From the IMG/VR virus record IMGVR_UViG_3300044676_007062, positions 1-31,264 of that record: DNA of 31,264 nt; one strand, given 5' to 3'. Under the pieces are notes generated by a model that made no database searches, was not told the origin of the DNA, and was given only the letters and a program-made list of their open reading frames with translations. Made by a program: the position numbers and the translations under genes. Below, in pieces: positions 17,787 to 26,292 of the stretch. Numbering within the stretch: position 1 is the stretch's first letter; each line of letters begins with the position of its first letter. Source of the stretch: a virus. Its lineage: Duplodnaviria > Caudoviricetes.

Positions 17787-19766
17787 ATGATTGACGAGTT
17801 TGTTTATAAGCTCAAATATGCACGATACAATAAAGAAGCACAGCGGCGGGAAGAATGGCCGGAGAGCGTAAAAAGATACATTGAAATGCACCGGAACCGA
17901 TTCCCCTATGAATCAGACCATGGATTGATTGACCCGATAGAAAAGGCAATCTTGAACAAAGAGATTCTACCGTCCATGAGAGGTCTGCAATTTGGCGGGG
18001 CGGGTATTGAGCGAAAGAACATGAGAATGTACAACTGTACAAGCTCGCATTGCGACCGCCCAAGATTCTTTGCAGAAGCGCTTTGGCTTTTATTGTGCGG
18101 GTCCGGCGTAGGATTTTCAGTACAAAAACACCATGTAGCCCAGCTTCCACAGATCAGAGAACCGAAAGAAGACATGGTTTATATTGTGCCGGATTCTATT
18201 GAGGGGTGGGCGGATGCGGTTAATATGTTAATTGGCGCTTTTATGCTGAATGTATGTTATCCGATATTTGATTATTCACAGATCAGACCCGAGGGGGCGC
18301 CCTTATCAGTAGGCGGCAAGGCGCCCGGCCATTTACCACTGAAACAGGCTTTAGAAAACATAGAGCCAATCTTGAGAGGGGCCATAGGGCGCCAGCTAAA
18401 GCCGCTTGAAGCATTTGATATTGTAATGCACCTAGCAAACTGTACAGTGACCGCCGGAACCCGTAGAAGCGCAACAATAGCGTTATTCTCACTTGATGAT
18501 GATGAAATGATGAACGCTAAAACGGGAAATTGGTTTGAGGAACACAGCCACAGAGCAAGAGCCAACATAAGCGCCGTTGTTTTACCAAGTGCACAGGAAC
18601 AGGACTTTAAGCGGCTATTTGAGAGCACAAGGCAATTTGGAGAGCCCGCCTTTTTATTCTTAGAAAGCACAGAACATTGCGTAAATCCTTGTGTAGAAAT
18701 TGTCATGTGCCCTTTGCTGATCAAGGACCCCGAGGGCTACATAGTAGACGACTACACACTAGACCTAATTAATCCAGCAAACAGAACGCTATATGAGGAC
18801 CAAGGCTACACCTTTGAAAGCGGGTGGCAAGTTTGCAACCTAACATCTATAAATGTAAGCAAAGCAGAGACTAAGAGCGACCTTGTAAGGCTTGCCGGAC
18901 TTGCGGCCCAGCTAGGAACATATCAAGCGGATTACACGGACAGCGGCTACCTTGGAGAAGTGAGTCGAGAAATTATTGAGCGTGAAGCATTATTAGGCGT
19001 AAGTTTGTGCGGCGTCCTCTCGAACCCGAACATAGCGCTAGATAAGGAGACCCTAGAAACGGCAGCTTTGACAGCACGGGAACGAAACAAGGCGACGGCC
19101 TTTAGAATTGGTATTAATCCAGCGGCAAGAATCACTTGTGTAAAACCCGAGGGAACAGCAAGCCTTGTCTTGAATACATCTAGCGGCATACATCCGAACC
19201 ATGCAAGAAAATACTTGCGCCGTGTTCAAACAACAACAGGCGAAGAAGTCTTTAATCATTTCAGAGAAACGAACCCGCAAGCCGTAGAAAAAAGCGTATG
19301 GGGGAATGGATATTGTGTAGTGTTCCCTATGGAAGCCGAGGGGCTAACCAAGGCAGACCTAACAGCGATTGAATTACTAGAAACAACCGCACTAATCAAG
19401 CGCCATTGGATTGACCCAACGACAGACAAGAGGTCCCTAGAGGGCGCTAGTCACAATGTAAGTTTAACGGTGACCATTGAGCCCAACGAATGGGAAGCCG
19501 TGGCCGATTATCTTTGGATGAACAGAGAGAAATATACCGGTGTATCTCTTTTAAGCGTCACGGGCGATTATGACTACCCACAAGCGCCACTTGTCGCCGT
19601 ATCTGAAAACGGGCAAACGGACCAAGAAAAAGAAGCTTGGCAGCTATGGCAATCATTGAAAAATACAATGAAAAATGTAGACTATTCAACAATGATTGAA
19701 ACAGTTGATAATACTAGCCCTTTAGAAGCACAAGCGTGTGCGGGGGGCGCTTGTGAGTTAAAATAA
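17787..19766 (+). CDS. nrdJ: Class II (adenosylcobalamin-dependent) ribonucleotide reductase
   Basis: LPSMR, YNC, GSGVGFSV, RRSA, NPCVEI (thiyl Cys), CNL, TCVKPEGTAS and C-terminal CAGGACE. No NrdB gene in the window. Confidence 0.9.
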   Translation: MIDEFVYKLKYARYNKEAQRREEWPESVKRYIEMHRNRFPYESDHGLIDPIEKAILNKEILPSMRGLQFGGAGIERKNMRMYNCTSSHCDRPRFFAEALWLLLCGSGVGFSVQKHHVAQLPQIREPKEDMVYIVPDSIEGWADAVNMLIGAFMLNVCYPIFDYSQIRPEGAPLSVGGKAPGHLPLKQALENIEPILRGAIGRQLKPLEAFDIVMHLANCTVTAGTRRSATIALFSLDDDEMMNAKTGNWFEEHSHRARANISAVVLPSAQEQDFKRLFESTRQFGEPAFLFLESTEHCVNPCVEIVMCPLLIKDPEGYIVDDYTLDLINPANRTLYEDQGYTFESGWQVCNLTSINVSKAETKSDLVRLAGLAAQLGTYQADYTDSGYLGEVSREIIEREALLGVSLCGVLSNPNIALDKETLETAALTARERNKATAFRIGINPAARITCVKPEGTASLVLNTSSGIHPNHARKYLRRVQTTTGEEVFNHFRETNPQAVEKSVWGNGYCVVFPMEAEGLTKADLTAIELLETTALIKRHWIDPTTDKRSLEGASHNVSLTVTIEPNEWEAVADYLWMNREKYTGVSLLSVTGDYDYPQAPLVAVSENGQTDQEKEAWQLWQSLKNTMKNVDYSTMIETVDNTSPLEAQACAGGACELK

Positions 19767-19768
19767 AT

Positions 19769-21733
19769 ATGAGAATAGTCTCGATAGATAGACCGCCCTT
19801 ATTTACAGCACGAAACAAACTTGCTTGGAGTCAAGACTTTGAAACCCTAAAACAGTTAGGCGTTATCAAAGCGCTAGGGCCGCCGCACTTGAGAGACAAG
19901 ACGCTAGATTTATTAGATAGAGCCCAGCGAAAAGAACAGCTAACAATCTCACAAGAAAGCCGGCTGAGTACGATCATTACTAGGCTCACGGATTTATGGT
20001 GTCAATGGACCGACGACGAAAGAGAATTGTTTTTTTATCAATTTTGTGAGGTATCAGAACAGCCGATAATCAGACGGCGGGACATTGAAACGCCAATCCT
20101 TGTCGAGATTCCCCACGGCATGGCAAAAATGAGCCTTAAAGGGTGGACCCCACACATTTACCAGCAAAGGGCCGTGTATTTTGCAACGATCAATAAAAGA
20201 GCTCTATTAGCGCTTGAAATGGGACTTGGTAAGACTTTAATAGCCTTGCTCACATATCACCATTTGAAGCAGCGTAGAGAGCTAAAAAGAACAATTATCA
20301 CAGCGCCTAAAAGCGCCTTTAGCTCATGGCAAGAACACTTAAAACTTAGTGATGCTAATATAGTTATCTTGGAAAACGTGAGCCCCGCAGAAAGAGAAGA
20401 TACCTATACAAAACTTTATCTTGCTCAAATTGACGGCGTAATAATAACACCTCAGACATTTACTAGAGATTTTAAGTATTTTCACAAAATATGTACCGAA
20501 CACAAAACACTATTGATTGCTGATGAAGTACATAAATACAAAGGGACCGGCAAGACCGGCCATGCCTTTGAAGCGGTAAGCGAAAGAGCTTACAGGGTAA
20601 TTGGGCTCACCGGTACACCCAAGCCGAACAAGGTCGAAGATTTTTACAATGTAATAAACAGAATCAAGCCGAATGTACTTGGTACATATCAAGACTTTGC
20701 TAGAGAGTATACTTACAAGGTCTTTGATACATTTATTAGCAATAAGGGCGTACAGTACACGGCGGGGGCGTTAAGGGCCGACAAACTAGACGAGCTCTAT
20801 TTAAGGTTGAAAAATGTTCTGTTTATCAGAGCAGCAACGGACCCCGATTGTAAGCTTGACCTACCCGAGCGGGTGGACTTGGCCCCCTATCTAAAACCGG
20901 ACCAAGGCCAGCTAACCTTAATGAAAGCGCTTATCGAAACGACAGCCGCAAGGGAAATTAACTCTAGCTATTTCAATGAAGCGCTAAATGGAAAGTATGG
21001 TTTTATTCCACAGGTCGCCGCCGAGGGCGCCACGGCCACGGCACAGGCACTAGGGCAGCGAATTGAACAGTTAATGATAACGCCGGCTATATGGTCAGAA
21101 ACATTTAGTAGAGCATATCCCGAATATGAGAGCCCTAAAATTAGAATAATAGCGGACCATGTAAAAAGCTTCTTAGATCAGAGAATAGATAAAGGGGCCG
21201 TGATCTTTTGTGAGTATATAGGCGGGCTTACAGCAATATATCATGCACTAGTCAGGCGGGGCGTACACAGAAACTTAATAGACATATACAGTGGCAGCAG
21301 CACAAAGAAAAGCCGCCACGACATGATAGACCGCTTAAACAGAGGGGAATCAAGAGTCCTAATAGGACAAACCCGTGCACTAGAAACGGGGGCCAATTTA
21401 CAAAGGCGGGCTGCTTATGTGGCTCATTTATCGACACCGTGGGCACCGGACACCTTGACCCAATCAACCGCAAGAGTTTACCGGCAAGGCCAAAAAAACA
21501 AGGTCACAGTATTAAGACCAAGTTGCGGACGGTTAGAGGAAGCCAAAAACAAAGCGCTTACAAGAAAGATCATGCAAAGCGCCAGCCTAACGGGCTTACT
21601 GTTTGATTCAGATAGAGCCGTATTAAACACAAGTGCAGACGACAGAGTAAGACAGGCGCAAGCCGATTTACTAACGACAGGCGCCTATAGTTATAGTATA
21701 ATTCAAAAATTATGCGAGGTAGACTATGAGTAA
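19769..21733 (+). CDS. SNF2-family helicase/ATPase
   Basis: EMGLGKT (I), APKS (Ia), DEVH (II), LTGTP (III), VIFCEY (IV), GANLQ (V), QSTARVYRQGQ (VI). Confidence 0.9.
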   Translation: MRIVSIDRPPLFTARNKLAWSQDFETLKQLGVIKALGPPHLRDKTLDLLDRAQRKEQLTISQESRLSTIITRLTDLWCQWTDDERELFFYQFCEVSEQPIIRRRDIETPILVEIPHGMAKMSLKGWTPHIYQQRAVYFATINKRALLALEMGLGKTLIALLTYHHLKQRRELKRTIITAPKSAFSSWQEHLKLSDANIVILENVSPAEREDTYTKLYLAQIDGVIITPQTFTRDFKYFHKICTEHKTLLIADEVHKYKGTGKTGHAFEAVSERAYRVIGLTGTPKPNKVEDFYNVINRIKPNVLGTYQDFAREYTYKVFDTFISNKGVQYTAGALRADKLDELYLRLKNVLFIRAATDPDCKLDLPERVDLAPYLKPDQGQLTLMKALIETTAAREINSSYFNEALNGKYGFIPQVAAEGATATAQALGQRIEQLMITPAIWSETFSRAYPEYESPKIRIIADHVKSFLDQRIDKGAVIFCEYIGGLTAIYHALVRRGVHRNLIDIYSGSSTKKSRHDMIDRLNRGESRVLIGQTRALETGANLQRRAAYVAHLSTPWAPDTLTQSTARVYRQGQKNKVTVLRPSCGRLEEAKNKALTRKIMQSASLTGLLFDSDRAVLNTSADDRVRQAQADLLTTGAYSYSIIQKLCEVDYE

Positions 21734-22403
21734 TAGATTTATATTTAAGGGACCCAAGGCGGCACTACATGACCCAATTAATCAGTGGGAAATTGTCAGA
21801 CAGGTAATGAGCCAGCAAGGTCCAAGGCGCACCTTTGACATAAAAAAAGGCCGTGGATATGTACTCTTAGAAACCGGCGCAACGATCACAAGCCTTGTTA
21901 ATATGCTGAAATCTCAAGCAGTATCAGCTAAAAAGAAAAAAAAGCGGGGTGGTGAGGTTGACTTGATCAAAGAGCTTGCACAGCAAATGAGTGAGGTCCA
22001 CACACGGCGAATTGATACCATGCTCAAGAGCATTGAGAGCCTACTAGGAGAGCCTATCCAAAAGGGCTACAAACCGCCGGCCAATGTAGCAAGAGCCGCT
22101 CTGAGAGGACTAGAGCTAAGACGCAAGTATGGTCGAGGTGGACTAGATGTAAAACAGGCCGCCAAACATGGAATAGGAAGCGGAGTCCAAAGAGCCGTTA
22201 ATCTGAAAAACCGTGATGAATTGAGCGCCGAAACTGTAAAGCGGATGAAATCATTCTTTGCACGACATAGAAAAAACAAGGACGGCAAAAATGATAAAGG
22301 CGAACCCAGCGCCGGCGCCATAGCTTGGCTTTTATGGGGCGGGGATGCGGGGGACCGGTGGAGTAAAAAAGTTGTAGATCAGATCAATAAAAAGGAAAGC
22401 TAA
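21726..22403 (+). CDS. Head-associated hypothetical protein with conserved 'SAGAIAWLLWGGDAG' module
   Basis: The C-terminal ~110 aa recall a small domain often found in phage head-morphogenesis genes. It is preceded by IFKG, IKKG, MLKS x2 and IQKG motifs. Confidence 0.65.
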   Translation: MSNRFIFKGPKAALHDPINQWEIVRQVMSQQGPRRTFDIKKGRGYVLLETGATITSLVNMLKSQAVSAKKKKKRGGEVDLIKELAQQMSEVHTRRIDTMLKSIESLLGEPIQKGYKPPANVARAALRGLELRRKYGRGGLDVKQAAKHGIGSGVQRAVNLKNRDELSAETVKRMKSFFARHRKNKDGKNDKGEPSAGAIAWLLWGGDAGDRWSKKVVDQINKKES

Positions 22404-25282
22404 TGTTTAACACACTAGATCTATTAAAAGCACAAGTTAAAAAGTATTTTAAAAAGGTCCCCAAGGGGGTAGATAAAAAAACGGGGCGGGTAAAATATAG
22501 ATATTACTACAAAGAGCACCACGGCGGCGGGGTGACAGCCGTTGAGGATTTAAAGGCCGGTGCAGCTTTTAAACTAAAAGACCCCAGCACAGGAAAAGCG
22601 GGCCACTTTCATGTTCAATCAGTTGACGGGGATAAGGTCACAGTAAAGCATGACGGCACCGACAAAGAAGTCACAATGACTAAAGCAGAGTTTAAAGCTT
22701 TGATTATGAGAGAACACGGCCAAGCGTTAAAAGAAACCGCCAAGAAGCGCCGAGAGACTTATGAGAAGATGAAGCGAGAGAACCCCAAGCATATTGGGCT
22801 TAAGGCAGCAAAGAACCGAGTCGAAAAACTAGAACGCATGGCCGGCGTTGAGAAGAAGAAGCCCGAACTAAAAGAAGACCCACGAAAAAAGATCAAGCGC
22901 TTAAAGACTTTTATTGAGTATGCAAACAAAGTCCAACACTTTATTTTAGACAATAAAGCAATGGACCATAAAGGGGCTCAAAGAGCCCTAGACCTCATTA
23001 GTGAGAAGTATCTTAGCGACGACTTTCAAAATATATTTACTATAGATCAAGTCTTAGCAATGAGGCCCCCCGCCCAGAAGATTGACTTAGGAAAAATTAT
23101 AAAGGACACAGAGAAAGAGCTCATTAAAACAGAAAATGAGCTCAAGGCGGAAGCCGTCCAGCAAGAACAAAGCGCCGATAACTTTGAGACTATGCCAGAG
23201 TCAAAAGAGCTCTCGAAAAAAGAAAAGGCTTTAGCTAGTCAAATCGAAGCCAGCGCAAAGAAAAACTTAGATTACTTACAACGCATCATTAAAACAGACA
23301 GGCGAGAATCTAACGAGTATAGATCTAAAAAAGCACTACAAGCGGCCGTAGAAAACATTTTTGATGAAGTAGCAAACCCGTTAGGACTAGATACGGATTA
23401 TCTATACTTTGCTAAGAATACGCCGTTTTTTTTAAATATAGATAAATCTGAAAATGCAGATCTTTTTGACGCCATATATGCGATTTATAACGGTGATACT
23501 AATGCGGAAAATGAAAACCTAGAAGCATATCACAAGATTATCGAGAAACTAGTAGATCATGCCAATATACGCACTAGTGGCGGCGGGACCACGGCAGAAG
23601 AAAGACGCAACTTTAAAAAGTTAAAAAAGCGCTTTAAAGACCAAGAGGACCTTATTTCTAAGAAGCTATTAAAGCCACAAGAACAAAGCGCCGATAACTT
23701 TGAGACTATGCCAGAGTCAAAAGAACCCGCTCAAGAAGTCAAACCAGAACCAGCGCAAGAGCCCAAAATACCGAGCAAGGCAGAGTTGACAGAATTATTG
23801 AGCTCATTAGATGAATTATTGAAAGCCAAGCCCGAGCTAAAAAATGACCCTAGAATCGTTGGTTTGTTAGGTACAGAGAACAAGCCCACAGTAGACACCG
23901 ATAAGCGCAATTCAAAGATCATGCTCACCTTGGACGGCAAGAATCAAAAAGAAAGTGTCACTTATCGAATTGTCGAAGCGGGCGACGCCATAGCATCCCA
24001 CGAGCCGGTAGGATTCAGCAAGCGGGAAGAATATCCCGAGGGCGTACAAGAGCGCAAGTATCATAGTGACAAAGCGGAAATGATGAAAGTGGTCAGAAAT
24101 GCACAATCATTTGACCCCGTTTATCTGATCAATACGAACCCCGACGCCACAAACGGCCCGCCGATCATCACACCCGACGGAATAGTGTTGGGCGGGAATA
24201 GCCGAGTAATGAGCACACAGAGAGTCTATGCGAATCACCCCGAAAGCGCCGCAGCCTATAAAGAATACTTAACAAAGCAAGCGGACACATTTGGATTTAG
24301 CGCCGAAGAAGTCAGCAAGTTTAAGGCGCCTTTATTGGTTCGAGAATATAAGCCAAAGACCGAAACAAAAGATCACCTAGCTAAACTTGTAAGAACCTTA
24401 AATGAGTCTAAGACACAAGGTATTGACGAAAGGCAGCTAGGACTAGCGACAGCCGTTAAGATTCGGGACGGGCGGACACTAGGCGCCTTGAAAATTGCTT
24501 TGAAAGAAAGCGGCTTTGATAATGTAGAAAACCTAATGACCAAGCCAAGCCCAGCGCTGAACAGATTCAAAGAAGCCTTGTTTGCGGACGGTGTACTAAC
24601 CAATGAGAACATGAATGAAATGATTAGAACCCACGACGGTACACTGAACGGGCGGGGCCGTGACTTTATCAAGTCCATGTTAGTCGGATATGTAGTCAGA
24701 GACAGCGACTTGTTAGAGGGGCTATCTATTGGAACAATTAACCACCTATCGACAGCAATTAGCAAGCTTGCCAGCGCCGGTATTAATGAACATACAAGAC
24801 TAGCCATGCAAGACGCTATTGAGATTTATCATCATGCAGTTGGTAGAGATAAGTTAAAGCGAGGGCAAACGCCGCAGCAACGAGACGCACAGATGAATGA
24901 TATAATGTTATCAGAGCAAGAGCTATTTAACACAAAGCCCAAGGAAAATGAAACTATGGAAGAAAGGCGCCAGCGAGAGCAGAGCGCTAGATTTGCAAAG
25001 GCCAAAGCAAGAGTAAGCGCTGACCCCTTGTCTAGCTCATTTTTAAAAATGCTGACACTTAGCGTTGGTACAAAAAAATTAGGACAACAAATGGATATGA
25101 TGCTTAAATTAACAGAAGACACGGGCGTCTTTGATATGTTTGCCGGTAATACTAGAATTAGCTTTGGAGAAGCCGCTAGGAAGCTGTCAAAAGAGCTATC
25201 AGATGAGTTTGGCATAGAAGATAAGCTGTACCAGCTAAAAAAGGCCCTTGATCTTTTAACACTGTTAAAGGCTATTAGATAA
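22403..25282 (+). CDS. Modular putative internal virion protein with DdrB-like ParB domain, 959 aa
   Basis: 'YRIVEA..IASH....YP..VQER.Y...DP..L....DATNGPPII..DGIVLGGNSR' (about 23960-24420) matches the ddrB-like ParB pattern. Leader MFNTLDLLKA, two NFETMPE linkers, C-terminal LKKA and LLKA. Confidence 0.75.
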   Translation: MFNTLDLLKAQVKKYFKKVPKGVDKKTGRVKYRYYYKEHHGGGVTAVEDLKAGAAFKLKDPSTGKAGHFHVQSVDGDKVTVKHDGTDKEVTMTKAEFKALIMREHGQALKETAKKRRETYEKMKRENPKHIGLKAAKNRVEKLERMAGVEKKKPELKEDPRKKIKRLKTFIEYANKVQHFILDNKAMDHKGAQRALDLISEKYLSDDFQNIFTIDQVLAMRPPAQKIDLGKIIKDTEKELIKTENELKAEAVQQEQSADNFETMPESKELSKKEKALASQIEASAKKNLDYLQRIIKTDRRESNEYRSKKALQAAVENIFDEVANPLGLDTDYLYFAKNTPFFLNIDKSENADLFDAIYAIYNGDTNAENENLEAYHKIIEKLVDHANIRTSGGGTTAEERRNFKKLKKRFKDQEDLISKKLLKPQEQSADNFETMPESKEPAQEVKPEPAQEPKIPSKAELTELLSSLDELLKAKPELKNDPRIVGLLGTENKPTVDTDKRNSKIMLTLDGKNQKESVTYRIVEAGDAIASHEPVGFSKREEYPEGVQERKYHSDKAEMMKVVRNAQSFDPVYLINTNPDATNGPPIITPDGIVLGGNSRVMSTQRVYANHPESAAAYKEYLTKQADTFGFSAEEVSKFKAPLLVREYKPKTETKDHLAKLVRTLNESKTQGIDERQLGLATAVKIRDGRTLGALKIALKESGFDNVENLMTKPSPALNRFKEALFADGVLTNENMNEMIRTHDGTLNGRGRDFIKSMLVGYVVRDSDLLEGLSIGTINHLSTAISKLASAGINEHTRLAMQDAIEIYHHAVGRDKLKRGQTPQQRDAQMNDIMLSEQELFNTKPKENETMEERRQREQSARFAKAKARVSADPLSSSFLKMLTLSVGTKKLGQQMDMMLKLTEDTGVFDMFAGNTRISFGEAARKLSKELSDEFGIEDKLYQLKKALDLLTLLKAIR
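23162..23724 (+). repeat. Perfect 47-bp direct repeats (23162-23208 and 23678-23724) containing the 17-bp core
   Basis: CAAGAACAAAGCGCCGATAACTTTGAGACTATGCCAGAGTCAAAAGA occurs twice, 516 bp apart. Confidence 0.95.
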
Positions 25283-25284
25283 CA

Positions 25285-26292
25285 ATGCTATTACTAGACG
25301 CCGAAAGACGAACCCGACAAAGCATTATAGATAGTTATGATGCACTATGTATTGAGCTCTTAGGCGTCAGAGGGGCGGGCCTATCCCAAGAGCGTGTAAG
25401 AGAATTAGTACAGCGGGGACTATTAGACATAGAAAGCTTACATGGCTTCAATGTAAATAGCTCAAGTGAGCCATTAAACCCTATCTTATTTATTAGGCGG
25501 ATAGGGCCAATGTACTCAAGAGCAACGCCACAACAGCGGGCTAGAATGAGAGAATATACCTTGCGCCAATGGCAGCGAGAGTTAAAAGGCTATGAGCCCC
25601 CGCCCGCCGTGCGATATACGCCACCAATGGACCGGCCCACAGCGCCGGAAGTGTTAGAGCCCTTAGAGGGCGCAATTCCAGACAGCTTTGGAACGGCGGA
25701 CAAGACAAGTCTAGTAAGCGCTTTTCAATCAGTAGGCGGCTATATTAGGGGGCTAGGGGCTCGATTTGCAGATGAAGCCAGCGCTATCATGTTTGAGGAA
25801 TGGAACGGCGCTCAAATACTCTCAACACCGGACCCCATAAGGCGGGCCGAAATGCTAGATGTAATTAGAGAGGAAGTAGGCGCCGCCGTATTGACAAAAG
25901 ACACGGCGAAAGAGGTTGCACGGCGAATCAGACAGAGAAGCGGGGACTTAGCCCGTAATTTTGATCGAATAGCCGAAACAGAATTGCAAGCGGTCCATAA
26001 TGAGGGCCAAGTGATGCAAGCGGTAGAAATTGACGGGGACGCCGCAAGAGTGGCAAGAATACCGGAGTCCGGCGCTTGTGGCTATTGCAAGGAAGCTTTT
26101 TTAGGACCCGACGGGCTACCCAAGATTTTTTCAGTTTTAGAATTAATAACAAACGGCGCCAATGTGGGAAGAAAGCGGCGGGCATGGTTGCCAAGCGCCT
26201 ATCCTATGCACCCTAATTGCCGTTGTGATACAATACCGGTAGGACCAAACCAATATGTCACCAAAACGGGGAGAATAAAACGTGTGGATTAA
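25285..26292 (+). CDS. MuF-like (SPP1 gp7-family) minor head protein
   Basis: RIAETE, ACGYC and HPNCRC motifs; located upstream of the protease. Confidence 0.85.
   Translation: MLLLDAERRTRQSIIDSYDALCIELLGVRGAGLSQERVRELVQRGLLDIESLHGFNVNSSSEPLNPILFIRRIGPMYSRATPQQRARMREYTLRQWQRELKGYEPPPAVRYTPPMDRPTAPEVLEPLEGAIPDSFGTADKTSLVSAFQSVGGYIRGLGARFADEASAIMFEEWNGAQILSTPDPIRRAEMLDVIREEVGAAVLTKDTAKEVARRIRQRSGDLARNFDRIAETELQAVHNEGQVMQAVEIDGDAARVARIPESGACGYCKEAFLGPDGLPKIFSVLELITNGANVGRKRRAWLPSAYPMHPNCRCDTIPVGPNQYVTKTGRIKRVD

Noticed and set aside
4671-21733. Inteins or group I introns in TerL, NrdJ or SNF2
   Set aside because: ORFs are continuous and of ordinary length, with no intein-terminal HN-[CST] pattern or homing endonuclease motifs seen.
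13944-23712. 17-bp repeats as a CRISPR array
   Set aside because: Spacing is highly irregular (36-1104 bp), the repeats are in frame within long ORFs and non-palindromic, and no cas genes are present.
13944-23712. 17-bp repeats as shufflon inversion sites or a DGR
   Set aside because: All copies seen are direct rather than inverted; no invertase or reverse transcriptase and no adenine-specific TR/VR pair were recognised in the window.
24940-24965. ENETMEE as another NFETMPE copy
   Set aside because: Only a partial peptide and DNA match (GAAACTATGG) and not at an obvious module boundary.
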